64,000 nucleotides of DNA, from NCBI RefSeq assembly GCF_006345805.1, contig NC_043013.1, positions 32,674,001 to 32,738,000 on the forward strand. Reading direction: 5' to 3'. Positions 10,246 through 21,410 of the stretch are shown here, one piece after another. The position numbers and the translations under genes are program-made. Under the pieces are notes generated by a model, which was not told where the DNA came from, searched no databases, and saw only the letters and a program-made list of their open reading frames with translations. Source of the DNA: Octopus sinensis. Taxonomy: Eukaryota. How positions within the stretch are numbered: position 1 is the first letter of the stretch; every line of letters begins with the position of its first letter.

Positions 10246-12075
10246 TTCATATACACTTAACAGATTAGACTGTTGGAAAAGAAAAAATATCCTAACATCG
10301 CCTACAAGAAACCTTAGATGCCAAAAACCCTTCTATATGTCTACAAGTAATCTTAGAAGCCAAGAACACTCCTAAGTATCCTAGCTGTACCTAATAACAC
10401 TGTTTTCTGGAGCTGTACTAAATTAGGTTTTATACCTATTTTCTCTGTCCATCTGTTCAGATCTTTAGGGATAGTTCCCAATGCACCTCTAACTACTGGG
10501 ATACATTTTACCCGCACATTCCATAGTCTCTGTAATTCAATAGCTTGGTCCTGGTACTTTGCTATATTTTCTATACTTCTCATATTAATGTTTTCATCAT
10601 TTGGGACTGTAAAGTCAATTATCTGGCACTTTCTATTCTCTTTATCTACTACTACCAAATCAGGCCTTCTAGCTTCTATTATTCTGTCAGTCTGAATGTT
10701 AAAGTCCCACGACATCTTATATTCCTTCCTTTCTAGTATTTTACTCTGTTAATGTTCATACCATTTATCAGTATGATCAAATCCTAGCTTTCCAGGATTT
10801 GCACCGAGTGGATTACTCTCCCTAGGCTGTCATGTAATTTTTGTATTCTTTATGTGCCAGCAAGCTATATTCACTCACTATATGAGTAACACTTTCTTGT
10901 TTTGATTTGCATAACCTACATTGAGAATCTACTTGGTTTTTGTCTAGCATGTCTATCTGATCCAATTAGTCCTTAATGCTTGATTTTATGCACCTATTAA
11001 CAAACTTTCTGTCTCCCTTGTCAGCTTTCCTTTCTGCAACCATAACCATGTCTCACTACTACTATCTGCTGCAACTATCCCTTTTACGATCACTTTTGAT
11101 CGAAAACATATCCCACTTTGTTTTTTTTTCTTCTCAAAAAAAGAAAAGCTCTACTTTGTAATCTGTCCCACCTGTGTGCAGCCCTGTGTGGCTAATAAAG
11201 AAACATATCTTTGGGAATCTACCATGCAAGGCCTTCTCCAGCCAGTAAGATAATTTCTGTTCTTTTTTCTGGTTTTTAACTTCGTTTGAGTTTGGGTTTT
11301 TGGTTTCCCTATTTCTTGCTGTGACTCTAGTAGCTTTTGATAAACTTTCTTCTCTATTACCTACATAGGAGTCTCTATCTACTCTAGCTAATTCCACGCA
11401 GTCTTCTACTGATATTAATCCTCTGACTTCCTTTCCAAGTAAGCATAAACTTGCTACTCCTGCCCTCGGTGGAATCCTCCATTCATATTGAATTCCTTAC
11501 TTGTTCTTCTGTCTATCTTTGCAAATTCAGTTTTCGTCCAATCTACAAAAGCTGCGGAGTATCTGAGTAATGATACTGCCCAAGTATTTACAGTCTTTAC
11601 AAGATTCAGACCATTTAGCTTTGACTTCATTAGCTTCCTCATCCTTCTGATGTACTCCTCAATTTTCGTTTTCATTTCTGCAGTTAGTACTCAGTCAGTC
11701 AGATTCTAATACTCCTATATAATTATAACTCTCTCTCTCTCTCCTCCTTTCAATTATTTTAATGTCTGGCCGTCTGGTAATTGGATGCCTTCGCTGTTGA
11801 CTACCTGTCCTTTTCTCATGACTAATATTGCACACTTATCTATGCCAAATTCCATGCTTATGTCTTTGCTGAAGAGTCTTACAGTTTGTATTAAGGAAAT
11901 GATCTCCTTTTCATTCGTACTAAAAAGCTTCAGATCATCAATGTAGAGCAAATGGCTAATTTTCCCTTTACTATTTCTGAACTGATACCCTGCCTTTGCC
12001 TTCCTTAATACTAAACTGAGGGGGATCAAACATAGGACAAATATTAAAGGGACAACGAGACCCCCTGGAAAATTC
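10246..12075 (-). mobile_element. 5'-truncated R4/Dong-like non-LTR retrotransposon (RT, CCHC knuckle, restriction-like endonuclease), pseudogenised
   Basis: RT motifs IFQG-SLSPLIF and HLLYIDDLKLF, knuckle CRLC...HIVSE(Y), and RLE WDFNIQTD...RRPDLVVVDKE...IID..VP...KYQD; frameshifts and stops. Confidence 0.88.
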
Positions 12076-12442
12076 TTCTTAAAACTAAATACACACGTGG
12101 TTATAGAATGAGTAATTAGGGTAATTTCTTTATACTTTTAAATATAATTACTGAGAGAAACGTAAAGAAAGATAAGTTGACTGAGGCAAAGATTGATCTT
12201 TTCTCCATTAATTTCTATTAAAAAAAAATCAATGTAAAATCGTAAAAGACGTAAGGAAAGACGACGCATGTTGATGTATGCCTGCATTTCAAAGGAGCGT
12301 AAGTGTGGTGATGCGATGTATATGCCTTGTTCAAACCTAATGTGATCTCGAGAACGAAAAAAAAAATCTCATATCGAGAACCTATACGGGTGAACTTGGT
12401 AAAATAAGTAAAATGAAAAATAACGGATTAAAGGATACAACT

Positions 12443-12935
12443 AAGAAAGATTACTCCTGCAGAATATATGTGAGTTATCTTTCTTGTTTCGTCTTGTAAA
12501 AGTAGTCAAGTACATATATTGCACAAAGCAGACGTACTGAAAGACAAATATACGCGGACTCTCTCTCTCTCTCTCTCTCTTTGCATTTATCTCACTTTAT
12601 ATTGTTCTATCACTTATTCTCGTTCTGCAACATAGCACTAGTGTATATTAGAGGCAATATAGTTTCACTCCTTATTCCTTTACTACCCACAAGGGGCTAA
12701 ACATAGAGGGGACAAACGAGGACAGACAAACGGATTAAGTCGATTACATCGAACCCCAGTGCGTAACTAGTACTTAATTTATCGACCCCGAAAGGATGAA
12801 AGGCAAAGTCAACCTCGGCGGAATTTGAACTCAGAACGTAACGGCAGACGAAATACGGCTACGCATTTCGCCCGGCGTGCTAACGATTCTGCCAGCTCGC
12901 CGCCCTGTCGGGAGTTAGAAGCAGCTCTTACAATA
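12443..12935. repeat. Left arm of an older inverted repeat (pairs with about 15880-16262), interrupted by a SINE B
   Basis: AAAGATTACTC...GTAGTCAAGTA and GTTTCACTCC|TGTCGGGAGTTAG match the reverse complement of the right arm. Confidence 0.8.
12672..12905 (-). mobile_element. Full-length SINE family B
   Basis: Ends defined by the empty site CACTCC|TGTCGGG in the partner arm. Confidence 0.9.
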
Positions 12936-13062
12936 TACGTATATGTGTGTTTGTACGTATGTGCGTGTGCGTATGTATGTATGTATGTATGTATATGTGT
13001 ATGTACGTATATTTATATATATGTACGTTCATATATGTCCTTGTATATATATGTGATACATA

Positions 13063-13119
<57 letters not shown>

Positions 13120-13732
13120 AACCATTAAACAGATTTTTATTTTCAAAATGAAACAAAGCAAACAGTAAGATGGAAAATAATGGTTTAGTTTTGTATACTT
13201 CCACTTTGATCGGATTTTCAGTATTACACCATGAACACTTCAAAATTATGTTTCTGATCACATAAATCACTTCGAATAATATTTCAGCAAGTTTAAAGTG
13301 ATTTCTTTTTGTGCCGTAAACCATTTACTATCTCTCTGATGCGCCCCCTCCTTCCCTTGATGCTCTAAGTGTATAGTGCTAAAAACTCAGGAGCATATTA
13401 CTATCAGCAAACGAAAAGCGTCAGGCAACGGCGGCGGAATTCCTAAATCTAGATCCCTACTTCTTTGAGCGTCATCAGAAACCAATATCCACTAGCAACT
13501 GCATGCTTAGACGAATTCAGTCTCTACTGCTATGGAATAAGAAGAAATGGTAATTAGCAAATCACTGGTGTCGCAAACAGCCGGGTAGAGATTCGTTATT
13601 TGTGATGGAAGAAGTAGTGGTCCAAAATAGCATTCTGTGTGTCTTGGATATACTAAAGAAAGCCACAAAACTGCAAAACTGCAGTATACGTATACACGCA
13701 CATCACTGGGTAAACAAAGGAAATAAATTAAA

Positions 13733-15110
13733 GTGGCGAGCTGGCAGAAACGTTAGCGTGCCGGGCGAAATGCGTAGCAATATTTCGTCTGTCTTTATGT
13801 TCTGAGTTCAAATTACGCCGAGGTCGACTTTGCATTTGCCTTTCATCCTTTCGAGATCGATAAATTAAGTACCTTGTGCCTAGATTAGAGAAGAATATGT
13901 TTCTCGTTCCTATTTCAAGGCGGCAAGCTGGCAGAAACGTTAGCACGCCGGGCGAAATGTGTAGCCGTATTTCGTCTGCCGTTACGTTCTGAGTTTAAAT
14001 TTCGCCATATATATATATGTGTGTGTGTGTGTGTATATGTATACTTTTATTCTTTTACTCTGTTACTTTGCCTTTCATCCTTTTGGGATCGATTAAATAA
14101 GTACCAATTACGCACTGGGGTCGATGTAATCGACTTAATCCGTTTGTCTGTCCTTGTTTGTCCTCTCTGTGTTTAGCCCCTTGTGGGCAGTAAAGAAATA
14201 GGTATTTCATCTGCCGTTACGTTGTAAGTTCAAATTCCGCTGAGGTCGAATTTGCCTTTCATCCTTTTGGGGTCGATTAAATAAGTACCAATTACGCACT
14301 GGAGTCGATGTAATCGACTTAATCCGTTTGTCTGTCCTTGTTTGTCCTCTCTCTGTTTAGCCCCTTGTGGGTAGTAAAGAAATAGGTATTTCGTCTGCTG
14401 TTACGTTCTGAGTTCAAATTCCGCCGAGGTCGACTTTGCCTTTCATTCTTTCGGGGTCGATAAATTAAGTACCAGTTACGCACTGGGGTCGATGTAATCG
14501 ACTTAATCCGTTTGTCTGTCCTTGTTTGTCCCCTCTGTGTGTAGCCCCTTGTGGGCAGTGAAGAAATAGGTATTTCATCTGCCGTTACGTTGTGATTTCA
14601 AATTCCGCCGAGGTCGACTTTGCCTTTCATCCTTTCGGGGTCGATAAATTAAGTACCAGTTGTGTACGGAGGTCGATCTAATCGACTGGCCCCCTTGTGC
14701 CTAGAGTAGAGAAGAATGTTTCTCGTTCCTATTTCAAGGTGGTGACCTGGCAGGAACGTTAGCACGCTGGCTGAAATGCTTAGCAGTATTTCACCTGCCG
14801 TTACGTTCTGAGTTCAAATTCCGCCGAGGTCGACTTTGCCTTTCATCTTTTCGAGGTCGATAAATTAAGTACCAGTTACGCACTGGGGTCGATGTAATCG
14901 ACTCAATTCCTTTGTCTGTCTTTGTTTGTCTCCTCTATGTTTAGCCCCTTGTGGGCAATAAAGAAAATAAACATTAGCGTGCCGGGCGAAATACTTAGCG
15001 GTATTTTGACTGTCTTTACGTTCTGAGTTCAAATTCCGCCGAGGTCGACTTTCGTCTTTCATCTTTTCGAGTCGATAAATTAAGTACCAGTTGCGTACTG
15101 GGGTCAAACT
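13733..15110 (+). mobile_element. Tandem array of family B SINEs, including 184-bp permuted units
   Basis: GGTATTTC unit starts at 14201, 14385 and 14569; full heads at about 13733, 13918 and 14737. Confidence 0.9.
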
Positions 15111-15486
15111 ACTGCTACTGCTATTTCGGCCGGTGGTAATTTCCACAATTACAGCCAACGAATCTAGTCAACACACAAGGCAGCTATTATGCTTTCCCCC
15201 ACAAAACACCACAACGTGGACTCTGTTGAGACTAGTAAGAAACAATTATGAACTTTTTTATTACACTTAACTTTTAAGAATATTTTTGATAAGGTTCGTT
15301 TTTTCAAGAACTGAAACATGTAAAATTTCTAAGAAAATTAAAATTAATCTTATATAGTGGCATTTTCAAACTTCTTATATATATATAGACAAAAACACAT
15401 ACATATCACATACATAAAAGGACATATATAAACGTATATGCGTATAAATATACATACATATATACATGCATGCATACGTACACGCA

Positions 15487-15865
15487 GTCCGTTGGTTACG
15501 ACGTCGAGGGTTCCAGTTGATCCGATCAACGGAACAGAAATTAACGTGCAAGTGGCTGAGCACTCCACAGACACGTGTACCCTTAGCGTAGTTCTTGGGG
15601 AGATTCAGTGTGACACAGAGTGTGACAAGGCTATCCCCTTTGAAATACAGGTACAACGGAAACAAGAAGAAAGAGGGAGAGAAAGTTTTGAGAAAAAGTA
15701 CAAGATTCACCACCCACCCCCTGTCTGAGCCTTGTGTAGCTTTAGGTGTTTTCGCTCAATAAACACTCACAACGCCCGGTCTGGGAATCGAAACCACGAT
15801 CCTATGACCGCGAGTCGTAGGATCGCGATCATTGCGCCTCTACTGGGCCATTGCGCCTCCACATA
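15487..15865 (-). mobile_element. tRNA-derived SINE, family D
   Basis: B box GGTTTCGATTCC and body TGTCACACTGAATCTCCCCAAGAACTACGCTAAGGGTACACG; related fragments at about 36860-37135 and 46540-46760. Confidence 0.65.
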
Positions 15866-15879
15866 CGTACAAGCACACA

Positions 15880-16262
15880 TATAGGTAAATTGTAGCAGTT
15901 GCCTCTAACTCCCGACAGGAGTGAAACCACATTGCCTTTGTATACATACACTAGCGTTATGTTGCAGAACGAGAAATGAAACACAGCGAGATAAAGTGAT
16001 AGAACAACAGAGAGGGGATGGGGTGTGGGGATAGAGAAAGAAAGAAAGAAGGACAGAAAAGAAAGAAAGAAAGAAGGAAAGAAAAGAAAGAAAGAAAGAT
16101 AGATAGATAGAAAGAAAGAAAGAAAAAAAGAAAGAAAGAAAGAGTCCACATATATTCGTCTTTCAGTACGTCTGCTTTGTACGATATATCTACTTGACTA
16201 CTTTACAAGACGAAACAAGAAAGATAACTCATATATATTCTGTAAGAGTAATCTTTCTTACA
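15880..16262. repeat. Right arm of the older inverted repeat (contains an AAAG microsatellite)
   Basis: Reverse complement of 12443-12935 minus the SINE. Confidence 0.8.
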
Positions 16263-16556
16263 ATTGCAGCGTGGAAGGTGTTTGTAACCATTTAAGAAAC
16301 ACACAAATGTACATACATGCATACATGCATGCATGCATGCATACATGCGTGCATACATACATACACACATACATACGTACATATATATAACGAACTAACA
16401 GTTACTTTCTCAGATGCAGCACGGATTTTTGTCAGTCAACAGGTCGCGGTCTTAAAGCGACGAAAATATTTTGACAAATTAAACTTAAATGTTGAAGTGA
16501 ATCGAACGGCTTTGTGTGTTTCTTAAATGTCTTACAAACACCTTCCACGCTGCAAT
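16263..16556. mobile_element. MITE with about 35-bp terminal inverted repeats (probably Tc1/mariner-type)
   Basis: ATTGCAGCGTGGAAGGTGTTTGTAA..CATTTAAGAAACACA versus TGTGTTTCTTAAATGTCTTACAAACACCTTCCACGCTGCAAT. Confidence 0.75.
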
Positions 16557-16574
16557 ATATATATAAATATATAT

Positions 16575-16749
16575 AGAATTGACATATCGGTTCCATTCTA
16601 GCAAAAAGTGTCCGATGAACGGCAACGGGAAACTCAGAGTAACAGGTTTTGTTGAATTTTCTGCTGCTTGAAATAAAGCATATTACTCTACCACTGGTAT
16701 TTGAGTACTCTTTTTTCCACCTTGTTTCACATTTATGTGTTTACTCCGC

Positions 16750-16750
<1 letters not shown>
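16575..16750. mobile_element. Partial MITE; relative at about 33256-33428
   Basis: Shared GGAGTAAACACATAAATGTGAAACAAGG...GAGTACTCAAATACCAG..GTAGAGTAATATGCTTTATT segment. Confidence 0.6.
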
Positions 16751-16782
<32 letters not shown>

Positions 16783-16829
16783 TATATATATATGTATATA
16801 TAATTATATATATATATATATATTATATA

Positions 16830-16903
<74 letters not shown>

Positions 16904-17373
16904 GTATATGTATATGTATATGTATATATATATAATACTGTTCGTGTACTCTTCAGCACGAAAATTAACAACTTTAATCTTCCAATCTTTCACGAAAATA
17001 TCCTGATTAAAATCCATGAAACAAAGTATAATAAACTAAAATAAAATGAAATTCTAAAACAAAATAAAATAATACAAATTAAATAATATTTCCGTTTTCT
17101 TAAACACAAATAAGTGTCAAGTCTTCTCCCAATGTTTTATCATAGAAATTTGTGCGGTTTCCAAGCTTTATTGGTCGCCGTTATCCACTTATACCTACTT
17201 ATACTACAAGGCTTCGATGTCGTATTAAGTATTGAGAACTGAGTCAAATATCAATGATAAGACTGACATATTTCAATGAAGCTGATCGGTATTCACTGTA
17301 AGTTATCTTTTTTGAAGGTAAAGTAAATCCTATACCGGGGTACAGGTTATATACATATATATATATATATCAT

Positions 17374-17553
17374 ATTAAATTAGAGAAATCAAACAGTGAA
17401 AAACATAAGCCAATACATAAACTTAATTTTAAAATATAAAATTTAAAAATTTAAAAATTATTTAATTATTTAATTATATAAATTAATTTTATGTATTGGC
17501 TTATGTTTTCACTCTTTGATTTGCCTAATTGTGGTTTTATCTCTAATTTAATA
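17374..17553. mobile_element. AT-rich palindromic MITE
   Basis: ATTAAATTAGAGA...AAAACATAAGCCAATACATAAA versus TTTATGTATTGGCTTATGTTTT...TCTCTAATTTAAT. Confidence 0.65.
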
Positions 17554-17689
17554 TAATATAATATATTTATACTATAAAATTGGATTTAATCCTAAATCTA
17601 ATTTTTCCCTGTAAGTTTGGATTTATTCCCTAATATTATTATTACATATATATATGTGTGTGTGTGTCTGTGTGTGTGTGTGTGTGTGT

Positions 17690-18274
17690 GCGCAACATAG
17701 TGACGCTCTAGAAAACTAGTTTCTCTGTATTTTTGACTGTAAGAGCTTAGTGAATGAGCTAAAATATATGTAATATTGACAGAGATTTCAAAAAGTACAA
17801 GTCAATTAACTTTTTAGAATTACTGTATAAATTGGAGCTGGTTCCGCTATGCTACAATCCATTAAACTAATTAAGCTAGTGCTGACCATCCCCTTAACAT
17901 CAATCGCTAATGAGAAACGTTTCTCAACGTTGTATGAAATCCGCTCATATCTGAGAAGACACGATAGCCTAAGAACGGCTGCTTCCACTGGCTCGTATTT
18001 CCATCGAGAAAAGCATTTTGAACGACTTGGACAGCAACAAGGAACTGCGTGAAAGGATATTACACCAGTTCGCCATAGAACCAAGACGACAAGAATTCTT
18101 TATATAAATGAAGTAATTTTTATATTAAAACTATATTTCTGTCTTATTGCTAAACTATCAGTGCACATATAAATCTGCGGTGTGCACTACGCCTCTTACC
18201 TTCTTTTATACAGGTGTCTTACGGGGAATTATGTAATGAGCCCGAGCGACGCTGATGACCTGGAGTCACCTCTG
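17690..18274 (+). mobile_element. 3' part of an hAT transposon: C-terminal dimerisation domain and right terminus
   Basis: KLIKLVLTIPLTSIANEKRFSTLYEIRSYLR, a frameshift, then ERLLPLARISIEKSILNDLD...RILHQF; ends ...TCACCTCTG (hAT-like CAG terminus). Confidence 0.8.
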
Positions 18275-18374
18275 ATATATATATATATATGTGTGTGTGT
18301 TTATTTATATATATATATGTGTATATATATATATATATATAATATATATATATTTATATATATATTATATATAT

Positions 18375-18426
<52 letters not shown>

Positions 18427-18439
18427 GTGTGTGTGTGTG

Positions 18440-18610
18440 TGTAATACAAAATGGGACAAGAACAAAATGACGCAAAACATCCAGACAGTTAGGTGATACA
18501 AAAAAGGGACAACAAAACATCCAGATAGACGATACAAAGAAAACTAGGAGGGGCATTCGGAGTTTTCTTTCCTCAGTCGAGTTCCGATTATCTTTGCAAT
18601 TTCGGCTGGT

Positions 18611-18612
<2 letters not shown>
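18440..18612. repeat. Fragment of an unclassified dispersed repeat; relative at about 39345-39500
   Basis: Shared GATACAAA...ATTCGGAG...CCTCAGTCGAGT...GATTATCTTTGCA..TCGGCTGGTTA. Confidence 0.55.
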
Positions 18613-18644
<32 letters not shown>

Positions 18645-18663
18645 TTCATGCACATACACACAA

Positions 18664-18739
<76 letters not shown>

Positions 18740-18792
18740 GAAGTAAATGAAGGGATAAGCAAATTAGATAAATCAATATATAAAGTACATTA

Positions 18793-18962
18793 AAGGCGGC
18801 GAGCTGGCAGAAACGTTCTGAGTTCAAACTCCACCGAGGTCCACTTTACCTTTCATTCTTTCGGGGTCGATAAATTAAGTACCAGTTTTATACTGGGGTC
18901 GATCTAATCGACTGGCTCCCTCCCACAAAATTTTGGGCCTTGTGCCTAGAGTAGAAAAGAAT
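18793..18962 (+). mobile_element. SINE family B variant with an internal deletion
   Basis: Family B head and body, alternative tail GGCCTTGTGCCTAGAGTAGAAAAG. Confidence 0.75.
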
Positions 18963-19257
18963 GTATAAAGTACATTAAATACAAAATATGTATATATGTT
19001 TATATAAACAAAAAGTCCAACTTACACAGAGTACAAATGATATAGAAAATTAAAGGGGTAAAGGAAAAGAATTACAAATCCAACAGCTGTTTCTGGTGGC
19101 TCCGCGGTGCACGACAGTGTTTGTAGTTTGGTTCCATCATAGGATGAGACGAGCCTCTGCCTTCAGGGGAAAGATCTTGCGTTTGAGATGTTAAAGGAGA
19201 GAAGTTCAGAGACAGAATGATTGAATTTGAAGCGCTAAGAGTATTAGAGGGTGAAGG

Positions 19258-19513
19258 GTTCCGGGTTGAGTCCCGCTGCGTAGCACCTTGGGTAAAGTGG
19301 CTTCTACTATAGCCTGGGGCCGACCAAAGCCATCTGAGAGGATTTGGTAGACGGGAATTAAAAGGAGTCTGTCGTAAATGTGTGTGTGTGTGCGTGTGTG
19401 TGTGGTTGTATCTGTGTTTGTCCCCCGCCTCCACCACCACCATCGCTTAACATCTGATGTTGATGTGTTTACGTCCCCGTCACTTAGCGGTTCGGCAAAA
19501 GAGGCCGATAGAA
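19258..19513 (+). mobile_element. SINE family A, truncated at GATAGAA by the Helitron-like/GGTT array
   Basis: Collinear with family A until 19513. Confidence 0.75.
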
Positions 19514-21132
19514 TTAGTAGTGGCTGGTTTGTCGGTTGGTGGGTGGGTGGGTCGGCTGATTGGTTCGTTCGTCGGTTGGTTGGCTGATTGGTTGGATTGT
19601 CGGTTGGCTGGCTGGTTGGTCGGTTGGTCGTTGGACGGCTGGTTGATTAGTTTGTCGGTTGGTTGGCTGGTTGGTTAGTTTGTCGGTTGGTTGTCTGGTT
19701 GGTTGGTTTGCCGGTGGGTCGTCTGGCTGGGTGGTTGGTCGGTTGGTTGGCTGGTTGGTTGGTTGGTTGGTTTGTCGGAGGGTCGTGGGTTGGTTGGTCG
19801 GTTGGTCGTGGGACGGATGGTTGGTTGGTTTGCCGGTTGGTTGCCTAGTTGGTTGGTTTGTCGGTGGGTCGTCTGGTTGGCAGGTTGGTCGGCAGGTCAT
19901 AGGTCAGCTGGCTGGCTGGCTGGTTTGTCGGTTGGTTGGCTGGTTGGTTGGTTTGTCGGTTGGTTGGCTGGTTGGTTGGTTTGTCGGTTGGTTGGCTGGT
20001 TGGGTGGTTTGTCGGAGGGTCGTTGTGTTGGTTGGTTGGTCGGTTGGTCGTGGGACGGCTGGTTGGTTGGTTGGTTTGTCGGTGGGTCGTCTGGTTGGCA
20101 GGTTGGTTGGTTGGTCATAGGTCAGCTGGCTGGTTGGTTTGTCGGTTGGTTGGCTGGCTGGTTGGTTTGTCGGTTGGTTGCCTGGCTGGTTGGTTTGTCG
20201 GTTGGTTGGCTGGTTGGGTGGTTTGTCGGAGGGTCGTTGTGTTGGTTGGTTGGTCGGTTGGTTGGTCGGTTGGTCGTGGGACGGCTGGTTGGTTGGTTGG
20301 TTTGTCGGTGGGTCGTCTGGTTGGCAGGTTGGTTGGTTGGTCATAGGTCAGCTGGCTGGTTGGTTTGTCGGTTGGTTGGCTGGCTGGTTGGTTTGTCGGT
20401 TGGTTGCCTGGCTGGTTGGTTTGTCGGTTGGTTGGTTGGTTGGTTGGTTGGTTGGTTGCCTGGTTGGTTGGTTTGTCGGAGGATCGGCTGGTAGGCTGGT
20501 TGGTCGGTTGGTCGTGGGACGACTGGTTGGTTGGTTTGCTGGTTGGTTGACTGGTTGGTTGGCTGGTTGGTTGGTTGGTTGGTCGGTTGGTCGCGAAAAC
20601 GGCTGGTTGGTTGGTTTGTCGGTTGGTTGCCTGGTTGGTTGGTTTGTCAGTTGGTTTGCTGGTTGGTTGGTTGGTTGGTTTGTTGGAGGTTCATTTGGTT
20701 GGTTGGTTGGTCGGTTGGTTGGCTGGTTGGTTGGTCCGTGGTTCGGCCGGTCGGCTGGTTGGTCGGTTGGTCGGTATGTCGCCTGGTTGGTTGGTTGGTC
20801 TGTTGGTCGTGGGTCGGCTGGTTGGTTGTTTGGTCTGTTGGTTGGCTGGTTGGTCGGTTGGTTGGCTGGTTGGTTGGTGGGTCGGCTGGTTGGTTGGTTT
20901 GTCGGTTGGTTGGCTTGTTGGTTGGTCCGTGGTTCGGCCGGTCGGCTGGTTGGTCGGTTGGTCGGTATGTCGACTGGTTGGTTGGTTGGTCTGTTGGTCG
21001 TGGGTCGGCTGGTTGGTTGTTTGATACCTGCTTTTGGTTAAACTGCACCGCAAAATGTGGGAGTAGTTAGGAATCTAAATCGGAGGAGACAGACTCTCAC
21101 ACACACAACTTCAGTTTTATATATAAAGAAGA
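19514..21132 (-). mobile_element. Helitron-like element (family H1 5' end) filled with an AACC/GGTT array
   Basis: About 21030-21132 reverse-complements the H1 5' end (A|TC..TATATATAAAA...GATTTAGATTCCTAACTACTCCCACATTTTGCGGTGCAG). The other end reads ACTACTAA|T, possibly a CTAG variant, but no 3' hairpin is visible. Confidence 0.55.
19521..21023 (+). repeat. 1.5-kb (GGTT/GGCT/GGTC)n minisatellite with higher-order units
   Basis: CATAGGTCAGCTGG at 19898, 20116 and 20342; CCGTGGTTCGGCCGG at 20736 and 20927. Confidence 0.95.
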
Positions 21133-21410
21133 TATTATAGATTATAAAATGAAGAAAGTGAGAACAAGTTTCAAAAATTAATGTTCATATTCATTTGGTC
21201 TAATTCAAATTACTGAACTTCTCCTCAATATACATAGGTGCATTCATATACTCTAGTTATAGTTAAAATTCATAAGAATTTAAAAATATATAAATATATA
21301 AAAATTTATAAATATAAGTATATAGAGAAAAGTTATAAAAACTTTTCGAAAATTTTCACCGAAAATTTAACTCAAAAATTCTTCGAAAATTTTCAACGAA
21401 AATTTTACCC

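Larger units (their letters stand above)
6410..11613. repeat. Left arm of a large inverted segmental duplication
   Basis: Reverse complement of 21411-24765, except that about 8180-10073 is missing from the right arm. Confidence 0.92.

Noticed and set aside
13400-13475. CTGATGA hammerhead half-cores here and at about 39052 and 52303
   Set aside because: No correctly placed GAAA, helix III or cleavage triplet follows.
19521-21023. Telomeric or interstitial telomeric repeat
   Set aside because: The unit is GGTT-based, not the TTAGGG expected in molluscs.
19514-21070. Long ORFs (up to 300 aa) rich in W/L/V/G or T/N/Q/P
   Set aside because: Products of the A-poor GGTT array, which rarely generates stop codons; no protein-like complexity.
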